DNA of 64,000 nt from positions 1,860,001-1,924,000 of the forward strand of contig CAUYUJ010000001.1 of NCBI GenBank assembly GCA_963575745.1, given 5' to 3'. Below are positions 12,450-23,566 of the stretch, one piece after another. Position 1 is the first letter of the stretch, and each line of letters opens with the position of its first letter. The notes below the pieces were generated by a model. It was not told the DNA's origin. It did not search any database and saw only the letters and a list, made by a program, of their open reading frames with translations. The translations under genes and the position numbers were made by a program. Source of the DNA: Prorocentrum cordatum (lineage: Eukaryota).

Positions 12450-13309
12450 AAGAGCGGGTTCTACCGCTGCTGGCGGAAAACCGGGGGGGTCACGGAGGGT
12501 TCCCAACCCGCCGCCCCCCCACTCTCGAAAACAGGGGGGGGGTCACTACCGGTTCGACAACCCCGCCCATCCCCCCCCCTGTTTTCGAAAGGTTCGAATT
12601 CCCCTCCCCCTCCCCCCTCGCCGCGGGCAACGATTCCCGCTTTGGGGGACAGTGGGACAGTGGTGGGGACATTGGGACAATGGTGGGGACGGTGGTGGTG
12701 GGGACACTGGTGTGGGGACAGTGTGACTGTGGTGGGGACAGTGGGACAATGGTGGGGGTGGTGGTGGTGGAGACACAGGTGAGGGCGGTGGTGGGGACGG
12801 TGATGGGATAATGGGGCAGTGGTACAGTAGGGAGAGTGATGGGGACAGTCGGGAGTGGGTCAGTGGCGGGGGCAGTGGGGACAGTTGGGGCAGCACAGTG
12901 GGACAGCGGGGGGGCAGTGGGGACAGTGGGACAGTGGCGGGGACAGTGGGGACAGTGGGGACTGTGGTGGGGACAGTGGGGACAATGGTGGGAACAGAGG
13001 GGACAGTGGTGGTGGGGACGGCGGTGCTGTGGGGACAGCGGGGGGGCGGTAGTGAGGACGGTGGTGGGGACCCGGGAGTCGTTTGCCGGCGATGAGTGGG
13101 TGGGGTCTTCGAACCAGTAGTGACCCTCCCCGGTTTTCCGGAGGGGAGGGGGGAGAGGTTAGGGGGGGGGCCGGGAGAAGGGAGGCGGGGGTTGTTCGAG
13201 CAGGGGGGGGAGGGATTTTCGGAGGGGGGGGGTGGACCGCCGGGTTCCGGATTCTGGATGAAGGGGGGGAAATTTTCCACAGTAGAGTTGCGGTGGATCA
13301 CGCCATTTC
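12450..13309. mobile_element. Non-autonomous TIR element with subterminal ggggggtcactaccggttcgaa repeats and an internal (ggggacagt)n minisatellite
   Basis: Left end gaagagcgggttctaccgctgctggcggaaaa is imperfectly inverted to the right end; subterminal motif is inverted at ~13109; flanks tcattaagg/ttatgaagg may be a degenerate 9-bp TSD; the same left end occurs at ~57332. Confidence 0.6.
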
Positions 13310-13502
13310 TTATGAAGGGATCGCTCTCTCGGCGTTCTGGAGCCGCCCTTTCGCTGGAGACGTGCTTGCAATGTATGAAACAATCGCGCTCTTGCGTTGG
13401 AGTTCCCCGCAATTTACTCAAGCGCCGCGCTCCCGACACTTAGGCACCCAGGAGTCGCGGTCAGGCCTAGGACTCCCTCAAAGCTTACTTAGGAATCGGG
13501 AT

Positions 13503-14250
13503 CTCGCTGCCCTTCGTGGCCCCGTTGCAGCCCTTCGTGGCCCCCTCGCTGCCCTTCGTGGCCCCGTTGCAGCCCTTCGTGGCCACCTCGCTGCCCTTCG
13601 TGGTCCCGTTGCAGCCCTTCGTGGCCACCTCGCTGCCCTTCGTGGCCCCGTTGCAGCCCTTTGTGGCCCCCTCGATGCCCTTTGTGGCTCTTTTGCAATC
13701 GTTCGTAGCCCCCTCGCTGCCCCTCGTGGCCCCGTTTCAGCCCTTCGTGGCCACCTCGCTGCCCTTCGTGGCCCCGTTGCAACCCTTCGTGGCCCCCTCG
13801 CTGCCCCTCGTGGCCCCGTTGCAGCCCTTCGAGGCCCCCTCGCTGCCCTTCGTGGTCCCGTTGCAACCCTTCGTGGCCCCCTCGCTGCCCTTCTTGGCAC
13901 CTTGCAGCCCTTCGTGACCCCCTCGCTGCCCTTCGTGGCCCCGTTGCTGCCCTCTGTGGCCCCGCCCTTGGCCCCTGCGGCCCAATATACGTATGCCTTT
14001 CGTGGTCCCCACTCGTTCGCGCCCGTCGTGGGCCCATATGCATGCCCTTCGTGACCCCGCTGTCGCCCTTTGTGGCCCCCTCGCTGCCCTACGTGGCCCC
14101 GTTGCTACCCTCACTGGCCCCGTCGTTGCCTTCTGTGGCCCCGAATTATCTGCCCTTCGTGGCCCCCGCTCGTTCGCGCCCTTCGTGGCTCCATACGCAT
14201 GCCGCTGTCGCCCTTCTTGGCCCTCTTCCTGCCCTTCGTGGCCCCGCTGT
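13503..14250. repeat. 21-bp minisatellite (gcccttcgtggccccgttgca / gcccttcgtggccccctcgct), 42-bp dimer
   Basis: Directly visible; gives AALRGPV repeats in spurious ORFs. Confidence 0.95.
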
Positions 14251-14414
14251 TGCTCTCGCTCTCGCTTTCGCTCGTCGTCGTCGTCGTGGTCGGTCCCTTG
14301 TCCGTCCTTCTTGGGGTCGAGTTGCCGCCGATCAGCGCTGCCGCTGGCCAGGCCGACGGTCCGCGGCCGCCCCGCCGCTTGCCGGGGCCCGGCCTGCATG
14401 GAAGAAAGATATAG

Positions 14415-15090
14415 ACACGGACACGGACACGGCGCCTACTCGCCCCACGGGACGACCCTACGAGGGGCTAGGCGGTTGCGCCTCGGCGCCAACAGGAATA
14501 TTCAGCCGGCCGATTCACTCGATCAGATGATCTTGACCATGCCCACGTACGTAGTGCAGACCATAGATTGCTGTCCGGCGGAATTGTTTGCCAAGTTTGT
14601 CTGCCACTTCTGAGAATAAAGCTTGCCACGTCGTCAGCTCATCGTTTGTAGGGTCGGTGTGGTAGTCTCTTTGCGCGTGGATGTGTCTCGGTTGGGTCCC
14701 GTAGCAAGGCCTACCTGCTCCATTTCCCCATGTTGTCGTTGAGGGATATTACAACAAGTCCCCATTGCAAACGTCTCTGCCGTGCGCACCAATCTTCGTA
14801 ACCCACTTGCCGGCAGTATTGCTCTATTTGTTTCATCGTGCGTTGAATCCGTTCTTGCCATGGCTCAATTGCAATAGAAGAAGGCCACGTGCCCGTTTTG
14901 GTGCTGCTGTCGGCGCTGGTGTCGGTATCGCTGCTGTCGGAGTAGCTGTCCCGAGTGGTGCCCTCTCTGTCGGAGCGGTGTCCAGGGCCCACTTCCCCTG
15001 CAGTATCTGAAAGAAAACGTCGCGGTGGTCCAATAATCATTCTAAGCGTACGGCGCTGGGTGGACCGCACCCGTGCTTCCAATGCTCAGG
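14415..15090 (-). mobile_element. 5'-truncated 3' fragment of an RTE-like LINE ORF2 with a short tandem tail
   Basis: QRRTLRMIIG...EPWQERIQR...EDWCARQRRLQW...GKWSR*ALLRDP...HRPYKR*ADDV resembles the RTE C-terminal R.GRP..RW.D motif, with stops; ends in (gtgtcc)n. Confidence 0.65.
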
Positions 15091-17483
15091 AGGAAAAGAA
15101 ACACACAGACACAATTAATCCTCGATTCCCAAGGAACTATGGGAGAATATGGGAAGTGGGGGGGAAGACAGAAACCCAGAAAATATAGGAAAATATGGGG
15201 AATCGTTTTATTTGTGTGTATTTATTTGTGTGTCCTGGGGCCCCTTCCAATGCAACTGTCATCGTCCACGAGCCAGCTCCATACACTAGCGCACGGGTAC
15301 CAGTGCCAGTGAACAGCCGAAGGCGGCCATGCAAGGAATACGACCGTGCAGTAAGCTTTTGCTGCGCGCCGCCGATGGCGGCGGCGCGCTGGGGCCAGCC
15401 CCCTCCAGTGTGTCTCCGCTCGGCGCGGCGGCGCGGAGGCCCAGGGCCAGAAAGACAGTATTCTTCCTCCTCCTCCTCCTCCTTCGCCTCCTCCTCCTCC
15501 TCCTCCTCCACCTCCTCCTCCCTCCTCCTCCTCCTCCTCCTCCTCCTCCTCCTTCTCCTCCTGCCTTTCCTCCTCCTCCCCCTCCTCCCCCTCCTCCCGC
15601 TCCTCCTCCTCCTCCCCCTCTCCCGCGAGGGGCTGGAGCGACCACGCGCAGAGGGCAGATGGCCCTTTTGCATTCTTCCCTTACCATGATTGCTGTTTTC
15701 TTTGCCCCCTGGAGTGTCGAGGCTCATTCCGTCAGCTAGGGTTGAGCTCAATGAGACTTTCAAGACGGCGGCACTATGCTCAGGATCTGGAGCCGATTCG
15801 ACACTATGGTGAAGGATTCGAGCCATCACGCCACCCACCCCCCTCCCAGACATGGTCGTGCGAGGTTTTTGGACGTTTTCAGTTTCTGGGGGCCCTCGCC
15901 AGGCCCCAGGACCGTCAAGAAACCAATCGCGATGAGAAACCGGCCGTGGAAGAGGGTCGGGACGTAAGGGGCCCCGTACTGAAAAACTCGAGACGTTTGG
16001 GGGTGGCCAAGGGGGGGCAATGACCGGGGAGGGTGGATCTCATTGCCCGGAGCATGATATCTCCTCGGATCTCATGGCCCCCTTGTCTCATTTCAGCAAG
16101 TGCCCTGGTCACCCCTTCGTCCGCGCACATGCCTCGGACCATGATGCGCCAACCCCCTCTTGGACGCCTCCCTGACGGACGCCCCCGAGACATCGCATGC
16201 CTGGAGGAGGAGGAGGAGGAGGAGCAGGAGGAGGAGAAGGAGGAGGAGAAGGAGGAAGAGGGAGGAGGAGGAAGAAGAGGGAGGTGAAAGAGGAGGAGGA
16301 TGAGGAGGAGGGAGGAGGGATGAGGGAGGAGGAGGGAGGTGGGAGGAGGGAGGAGGAGGAGGGAGGAGGGAGGAGGGAGGAGGGAGGAGGACGCGTGGAT
16401 TAGCGCCGGGTCCCGCTTCCATGTCCCGCTCCTTTCGGCCGGCACTCGTCCATCCATCCTCCTCCTCCTCCTCCTCCTCCTCCTCCTCCTCCTCCTCCTC
16501 CTCCTCCTCCTCCACCTCCTCCTCCTCCTCCTCCTCCTCCTCCCTCCTCCTCCTCCTCCTCCTCCTCCTCCTCCTCCTCCTCCTCCTCCTCCTCCTCCTC
16601 CTCCTCCTCCTCCTCCCCCTCCTCCTCTTCCTCCGTGCCAGAGCGTGTGTGCCGATCTCTGAGCTCCTACCACCACCTCCCTCGACCGGGGGGAGGGGGA
16701 GGGGGGGGAGGGGGAGGAGGACGAGCAGGCGGGCAATCGGGTCGAACGCCAAGGGGGGGATCGATGGTTGATAGATTCGGACACTGTCGTCGGTTCTCGG
16801 ATGTTCTCTAGCCTCGGGGTGTTCTCCAGCAGCTGCGCCTCGCTGAGAGCGTTCTCGGGGCGCCCAGTCGTCCCGAACGGCCGCCCAAGATCCGAGCAAT
16901 TGTCCAGAAGCCAGACGACGGAGGTTCCTCGGGGCGGACGAAAGGCGGTGATGCATCGACCCCCAATCGCTCCCCAAGAGATCCCCAATCGCCCATTGAT
17001 GGGACCCCCCAAGGGGGTGCCCCTCGAGCGGGGTCTCTCGGGGAAGGGGGGGGTGCGAGTGCAGCTGGTTTGGGCCACGCCGCCGGGCGCTGTCTTCGAT
17101 ACGCGGCCGCCTCCTGCGCCAGCAGGCGCCCGGCTTAGAAACCAGGCGCATGAGCCGATTCGCTGAGAGCCCCCATTTCAGAATCCCCCCTTGTCGTCCG
17201 ACCCGAGAGAGGGGTGGGAGGCGATGGTGTGTAGAAGTAAGCTGTCTGTCGGTGTAGCAGTGATCTGTCTGTCAGTTCTGGGGCCATCCCCTGACATTCG
17301 CCGGTCTGTTTTTTTTTCAATGCGCGGCTCCAGAGGTCCTGGGCCTGCTCTTCGCCCCAGGTCCACTTGTGATGCTCCGGGGGCCCCGGCAACGGGCCCC
17401 AGGGGCCGAACTCGAGGAAACAGCACCCTGGATTGACGAAACCATCTCGTCGGAGATGCGGGTCTCTCTGCCGTCCCCACGAG

Positions 17484-17645
17484 GATCGCGCTCGATCCCA
17501 AGGGCGGCAAGGACGAGCTGGGGCCCAGCAAGGCCGCGCTGGTGGACGTGGCTTCGGAGGAGGAGGCGCGCGCCGCCGAGGCGGCGGTCAGCGAGGCGAC
17601 GTGGGTGGGGGAGTCGCTGCGCGTGCGGGTGTGCCGACCACACTG
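17484..17645 (+). CDS. Exon: second half of RRM1
   Basis: (R)IALDPKGGKDELGPSKAALVDVASEEEARAAEAAVSEATWVGESLRVRVCRPH; acceptor cacgAG|G completes the AG+G Arg codon of exon 8656-8826; donor CACTG|gtaagg. Confidence 0.8.
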
Positions 17646-17889
17646 GTAAGGCTTCGGGCCGCGCACAGATAGCCCCCCCAGGAAATCACGGTGGGCCTCA
17701 GCAGGCCCCCCGAAGATGTAGTCACAGTTGGCCTCACCCGAGCAGCCCGCGGCACTTCAACATCCCAGCGCCGCCTCCAGCGACGCCTCTGAGGCGTTCC
17801 GCGCCCCAGGGTGGGGGTGTTGAGACCGCCCTGGGTTACTCGGAGGGCCTGCTCAGGCCAGCTGGGGCTACTCGGGTGCGCCTGTGGAG

Positions 17890-18019
17890 GCAAGCCGGGA
17901 CTGCCTGGGGGAGCGCCCTGTGCGTAACCCGAAGCCTTGCCAGACCAGACTCTCACGCGCCCCAGAACAAGCTGTATGTGTCTGGCCTCCCGCTCGCCAT
18001 GAAGGAGGCCAACGTCGAG
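17890..18019 (+). CDS. Exon: linker and start of RRM2 (5' boundary uncertain)
   Basis: ...PDSHAPQNKLYVSGLPLAMKEANVE contains a clear RNP2 (LYVSGL); donor GTCGAG|gacact (GA); several phase-2 AG|G acceptors are possible (~17793, ~17857, 17890). Confidence 0.72.
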
Positions 18020-18088
18020 GACACTCCGAGGAGCAACAGCTACCGATACCTCCACCCATTCCTCGTCGGCACGGCTGGATTCTAGGCT

Positions 18089-18297
18089 CTCCCACATGGG
18101 GTCCGAGTAGATGGGGTCGCAGGATCGCGCCGCATCGCCGATTCATAGGCGATGGGGCTCGATGTGGTGCCCAATTCTGTCCACGGCGATGTCGTCGTTG
18201 CATTGCCGACGCCGACGATGCATCGCCGATGCATCGATGATGAATCGGCGATGCGGTGCGACCCTCCAACCCCATCTACACGAACTCCATGCGGGAG
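18089..18297. mobile_element. MITE-like palindromic element, family A, copy 2
   Basis: ctcccacatggggtccgagtagatggggt ... accccatctacacgaactccatgcgggag inverted ends; internal similarity to 2511-2728. Confidence 0.78.
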
Positions 18298-18566
18298 GCC
18301 TCTATCTATGGATTCTCGGCACCACCTCTAAGTGCTGGTCAGAACGCAACCGTGGGAGTGTCCGGGGAGTGGCGGCATGGGTACCTTCCTGTTGCCCCCA
18401 GCCACGAGGTTGAAGCCCCACATTTGGAGGAGGAGGAGGAGGAGGAGGAGGAGGAGGAGGTGGGCTCAAACGGTCTCGCGGTTGGGGGCCGCATTCGGGC
18501 CCGGTCGTGGAGCAAGCGGTTGCGAAGTCAGTGGGGCGTGACCTGGGAGGTGCCCCCCTGTGGTCA

Positions 18567-18835
18567 GGATCGCGTCTGCTTCGCACATGGCTTCGCAGTC
18601 GCAACAGGAGCGAACCTGTTAGATGCCGTATGCGTTCGCACTTGAGCAAGAGTGATCAGTCGCGCATTAATCACGCGCGCACCTTGGGTTCCCATGTGTT
18701 GGATCGCGTCTGCTTCACACATCGCTTCGCAGTCGCAACAGGAGCGAACCTGTTCGATGCCGTATGCGTTCGCACTTGAGCAAGAGTGATCAGTCGCGCA
18801 TTAATCACGCGCGCACCTTGTGTTCCCATGTGTTG
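18567..18835. repeat. Tandem duplication of a 134-bp unit
   Basis: ggatcgcgtctgcttc starts at 18567 and 18701; the copies are near identical. Confidence 0.95.
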
Positions 18836-19339
18836 GAAATTATACTGGGATTAGGGGGGCCTGCTCGCGGTAGTAAGTTCAGTGGCGGCACGCGTGCCAG
18901 TTTCGGGGTGCGCTTGCGTTTTTGCGTTCTGATCCTCCGTACGTCAGGAAAGACACAATGATGCACGCACACGCGGACTAACGTGGGCTTCGAGAGAGAG
19001 AGAGAGAGAGCGCGTTACGCGAGCGCTCGTAGCCTGAGGGCGGCCTCGCGCACGCGGGAGCCTGCTCATCTAGGTGGCTGGGCGCGAATATCTTCTGGGG
19101 GCTCCCTGCTCCCATTCCCCTTATCATGCTTCGTCGTCTCCTCGCTTTTGAACTGAAGGTTGAGGCCATGCCATGGCGCGTCTCAGGCGTATCGCCCCAA
19201 TTCCGATCACCATGCCACTGGGGCAGCCTGAATGGGCTTCCTTCATGGCGCAGTGCTCCTTTCAGCATCGAGTGGCGCGTCTCCAGACCGAAAGACCAGA
19301 TAGACACCGTCGCTCCCTTGTCGGGACGAGAGCCTGCTT

Positions 19340-19520
19340 CGTCGCATCCTCGCTGTTCTCCTTCCTCGTCGTTCTCCTCGTGGTTATCCTCGTTGTTCTC
19401 CTCGTTGTTCTCCTTCCTCGTCGTATCCTCGTCGTATCCTCGTCGTATCCTCGTTGTTCTCCTTCCTCGTCGTATCCTCGTCGTGTCCTCGTCGTATCCT
19501 CGCTGTTCTCCTTCCTGCCT
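19340..19520. repeat. Minisatellite of (tcgtcgtatcc)n and tcgttgttctcc units
   Basis: Directly visible tandem 11-12 bp units. Confidence 0.85.
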
Positions 19521-20230
19521 AGAAAGGGGGGGGCGGGGCTCAGGGGTCGGGCGCGCGGAGGGCCGTGCCACCCAGGGCGTCGGGAGGGGTTGCCTCGCCC
19601 AGAATGTCTGGGGCCCTTCTTGCGGTGCCATGGCATCGCTGTGCTGCATTTTCAAGGGCGCCCTCGAGGGCGCGAAGTTATTCGCGCTTCGCGGTCCTCG
19701 CTCCTCCTCCCCCTCCTCCTCGTCCTCCTCTTCTCCCTTTGGGGGGGCGGCGCGAGGGCGCGAAGTTATTCGCGCTTCGCGCTTCGCGGAGCGCGAAGCG
19801 CGAAGTTGGGAGCCCTTGCTTCTTGCAGTGCCATGGCATCGCTGTGCTGCATTTTGTTCGCAGCGAGGGCCATCGAGGAGCAGATTGGTTCATCTTGCGG
19901 GGAGCAAGCGCACGAAGTCGAAACATGCACGGGGAGTGGACGTCCGAGCGTTGGCGAGGTGCAGTGTCGCAGAAGGGAGCGCCCGAAGCGGGCTGCTCCC
20001 GGTGTGATTTGGTTCTGCAGCCCAGGCACCAGAACTAGGACCCTTGCGGGTTCAGCGATGGCTCCTGGTTTCCGGGCCGGTAGGGGGAGGAGGATGAAGA
20101 GCAGGAGGGGGGCGGGAGGCGGAGGAGGAGGAGGCGGAGGAGGATGCGGAGGAGGAGGAGAGGAGGAGGAGGAGGAGGAGGAGGAGGAGGAGGAGGAGGA
20201 GGAGGAGGAGGGGGGGGGAGGATAGGAGGA

Positions 20231-20248
20231 TAGCCATTTTGGCTCAAG
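20231..20248 (+). other. Spliced-leader relic at the LINE 5' end
   Basis: TAGCCATTTTGGCTCAAG equals the 3' 18 nt of the dinoflagellate SL exactly; it directly follows a (GGA)n tract. Confidence 0.92.
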
Positions 20249-20322
20249 GTGTCAAGAGTGACAAGATGTGACACACATCTTCTGCTCCAGAGAGCAGGTC
20301 CGATACCGTAGCGGCGGCAGTA

Positions 20323-21357
20323 TTGGCTTCTCTTCAGTGCCCTTCTCACCATACCGTTTGCAACGGGGTGGCCGAAATTGCTGCGACGTGCAACGTATGC
20401 GAGAGCAGCATCAGTGCAGGAAGTATTTTTGGAGTTTGCGGAGATGATCTATGCGGATGGCTCATTTGCGTGAACTGCGGATCGAGCACAACAACACGTG
20501 GCTAAGAAACGTCAGGCGGGCTGTGGGGTCCACGTCACCCATTCTCCAGGACATGGTACGTCTTCGAAAGTTGTAGTTCCTGCTCAACTTCCAGGATATC
20601 TTCGTATCCCACAGCTTGCGCAACCCTGCACGCCCATCGACCAGAACACCTTGGATGGTATTTTGGAGCGACTTGCAGAGAAGCAAACAGAGAAGTTTTA
20701 AATAATGATTGCAGAGGTTTGTGAGAAAAGATCTCCCGGGCTTTGAGCCCAACGCAGAAACGCATCGGGGATTTAGAGAAGAAGTTCGCAGACTCCCGCC
20801 GGGCCCATTCACAGCCCCCCGAGCGCTCCAAAGTTTTTTCGCCCACCTGCGTCGACATCAAGAGGTGGTGCGAGTGGGAGGATTGCCGGGAGAAGGGCAT
20901 CGGGAAGTCGACCGCAGAGCAGCGCTACGCAGATCTGATCCAGCAGGTCTCTGAGAGCACCCGGGGCCAGATCGGTTTTATTCAGCTACGTGGTCTCCGG
21001 AACTATTCAGTACGGGTGCCCATTGGTGGAGAGTTCGCTTCCGAAGCGCATGGTACCTGGAAGGATTTCTTCGAGACGGGGAAGTGGGACATGGACGGCA
21101 GGCGCCCGTGCAGCACCCTTGAGCGGCGTCCAGAAATCAACAGGATGTACCAGACCATGGGACATTTGGAGCGCACCAGCCAGGGCTTCACCACCAGAGC
21201 GCTCCCGGCACCTAATTTCTCCGTTTACGTAAACAAGGAAGGACAGCAGGCGACCTGCATCGGCCACGCCACGGAGGACAATGAGATCACTTGGGGCGAG
21301 CCTTGCATGACCGGACAGGACGCAACCGAGGCGGTGAGGGCCGCTCGCCGTCGCTGA
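20323..21357 (+). pseudogene. LINE ORF1 remnant with N-terminal zinc-finger-like motif
   Basis: CPSHH...CNVC...C.DDLCGWLICVNC at 20323-20505, then frameshifted segments 20498-20701 and 20743-21357, all upstream of the APE domain. Confidence 0.6.
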
Positions 21358-21873
21358 GGGCGCCCGGAGAGATTGCATGCAAAGGGCCTGCATTTGGAGA
21401 TTGTTTTGAGTTGGACTTCTTGCCGTAAGCCTATGAGGATTTTTGGTAAATTTACTCGTGCTATCATTGACGATGGCTTGGGCGGGTCAGTTCTGATGCT
21501 CCAGGAGGTCGGGACGTGGAACGGGGGCGCGTGTTCTGACGGCTGCGTCTTGCACACTCGGGGGCCAAGCGGAAACAGCAATGGGAGTGATTGTGGGTTT
21601 TTGTTGCCCCTGTAAATTTCTCAGCTGGTACCCGATGAGTCTCACGGGGAGTATTGAAGTGGCCTGGTCGCGGACTCAACCATCTTATTTAGCGCGCGCA
21701 TGCTTGACCACACCGATCCCGAAGGGCGAGCGGCCACAGTCATAGCAGAGTCCTTACAATTCATCAACAAGCATCGGAATTCACAGTGCATTGACTCCGT
21801 TGTTGTTGGTTTCGACAGCAACGTCACGCTACCCGCCAATATACAGGACGTCACAGGCAACAACGCATTAGTA

Positions 21874-23393
21874 TTGAGCCCGCCGCTTGTGCTACCAGCG
21901 GCGGGGTTCGCCTCTTCCCTTCCCCTAATTTCCCTTTTAATGTTTCCCGATACTTGTCTTCTAATTGTATTATTGTTCCTCTAATTGTCTTGTATTCCCG
22001 ATAATTGTCTTGTATTTCCGATCATCGGCCATATGGTATACACCATACAAGCGACACAAACGCATGGTATCAAGGAGGAAGGAGGAATGAGGAGGCCTCA
22101 GACCCTCCCTCACCAGTAACATGCCCACCCTCTTCCCTGCCCCCTCCTCGCCCTCCCCCTTCCTTCCTCATCGTCCTCTTCACTGCTACTCTACTCGAGA
22201 TGGCTAGGCGGCGGACGTCCCGACACCTCGGGGAGCCTCCCTGCAGGCCTCTGGAGGCCTTCGAGAGGCGCTTCTCCTCCCCCTGCTGGTCTTCGTGCCG
22301 CTCCCTTTTTCCCACCTTTCCTCCTTTTTCCTCCTTGGCATTGCTCGGGCGTGCGCGTTTTTTCCCTCTGCGAGGACCATCGAGGAGCATCCTGGACCAC
22401 GTAGCAAACCAAACACGCGCGAAACCGACACATGCACGGGGAATGGACGTCCGAGCGATAGCAAGCCTCCTGCCCGCGCTGGGCGATAGCAAGCCTCCTG
22501 CCGCGAGGACTGGGCACGGGAATTACCGTCCAGGCACTATAGGGAGAAAGTCCCCGGGAGGTCCCGGGAGGTGGGGCCCCGGGAGGTGGGGGCCTTCCCG
22601 CTAATTCGTCCCTGTGTTTTTACAGGGTTTCATTCTCGGGAAATTATCGGGAAGGGTCCCCGGGAGGTGGGGCCCCGGGAGGTGCCCGGGAGGTCCGTTC
22701 ATTCTGGACGGTTCTCCCCGAACCCCTGGACGGTAATCCCCAGCACTGAAAATCATGCGGGGCGAGGGGTTGGGGAGCTCGGGTTGCTCTCTTGCACTTG
22801 CGCCTCGCCGAGAGCCTTCCAGCTCCTCCTCCTCCTCCTCCTCCTCCTCCTCCTCCTCCTCCTCCTCCTCCTCCTCCTCCTCCTCCTCCTCCTCCTCCCT
22901 CTCGGTGACGTGGTGACGGCCCTCCCTCCTCTCCTCACCCTCCTGCTGCCCCTGTCCCTCCCCCTCTTGCTGCTCCCCTCCTGCTGCTCCCCTCATTGTT
23001 CGGTTCCTTTTCCCCACTTGTTCCCTCCGTCGCTTCCTGGTCGTCGTCCCCTCTCGTCGTCTTCCCCTCACCTGCATCCTTCCTCCGCGTCTCGCTCTTT
23101 CGGCTCGTTCGATGTGTCGTGCCATCACACCGTCACCATAACATCATAGTGTACATTTTATGATCATATCATGTTCTACGTGCAATATTGTAGGCCAACC
23201 ATGTAAGACCGAGTATGGCTGACGCCCATAAGCATTCATTGGAACAGGGGAATTAACGGGAACGGTTAGAGGGGAACCCGGGGAACTAGCGGGAACCAGG
23301 GGGATTAGCGGGAATTATGTTCCAGGAAATTGTTGGGATTATCGACAAGAGGAATAGGCGGAACAGCTCTGGTAGCACAAGCGGCGGGCCCAT
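21874..23393. mobile_element. 1520-bp non-autonomous DNA transposon with 8-bp TSD, inserted in the LINE APE domain
   Basis: TSD CATTAGTA at 21866-21873 and 23394-23401; TIR gcccgccgcttgtgctaccag / ctggtagcacaagcggcgggc is perfect; removal rejoins the APE coding sequence. Confidence 0.92.
22522..22737. mobile_element. Small nested MITE (possible TA target duplication)
   Basis: attaccgtccagg (22522-22534) is the reverse complement of cctggacggtaat (22725-22737); internal cccgggaggt repeats. Confidence 0.65.
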
Positions 23394-23566
23394 CATTAGT
23401 ACCTCTTCAAAGACACGATGGACATGTCGAGGGCCATCTTGGGATGGTTGATTTTTCTTGGAGTTCAATATCTTAACACCTTCGGACTTCCAGTACTTCG
23501 CGAATATTTGTGGGCGTGCGGCTACAAACGTCCACTTGAGAAAATATCACAAATCGATTCCATGGA

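Noticed and set aside
15680..16200. Possible minus-strand RT thumb fragment
   Set aside because: Similarity is too weak to support by eye.
20231..20300. SL RNA gene (SL is followed by GT)
   Set aside because: The first 4 nt of the SL are missing, it is preceded by microsatellite and it leads into LINE ORF1. An SL gene is not fully excluded, but a retroposed leader fits better.
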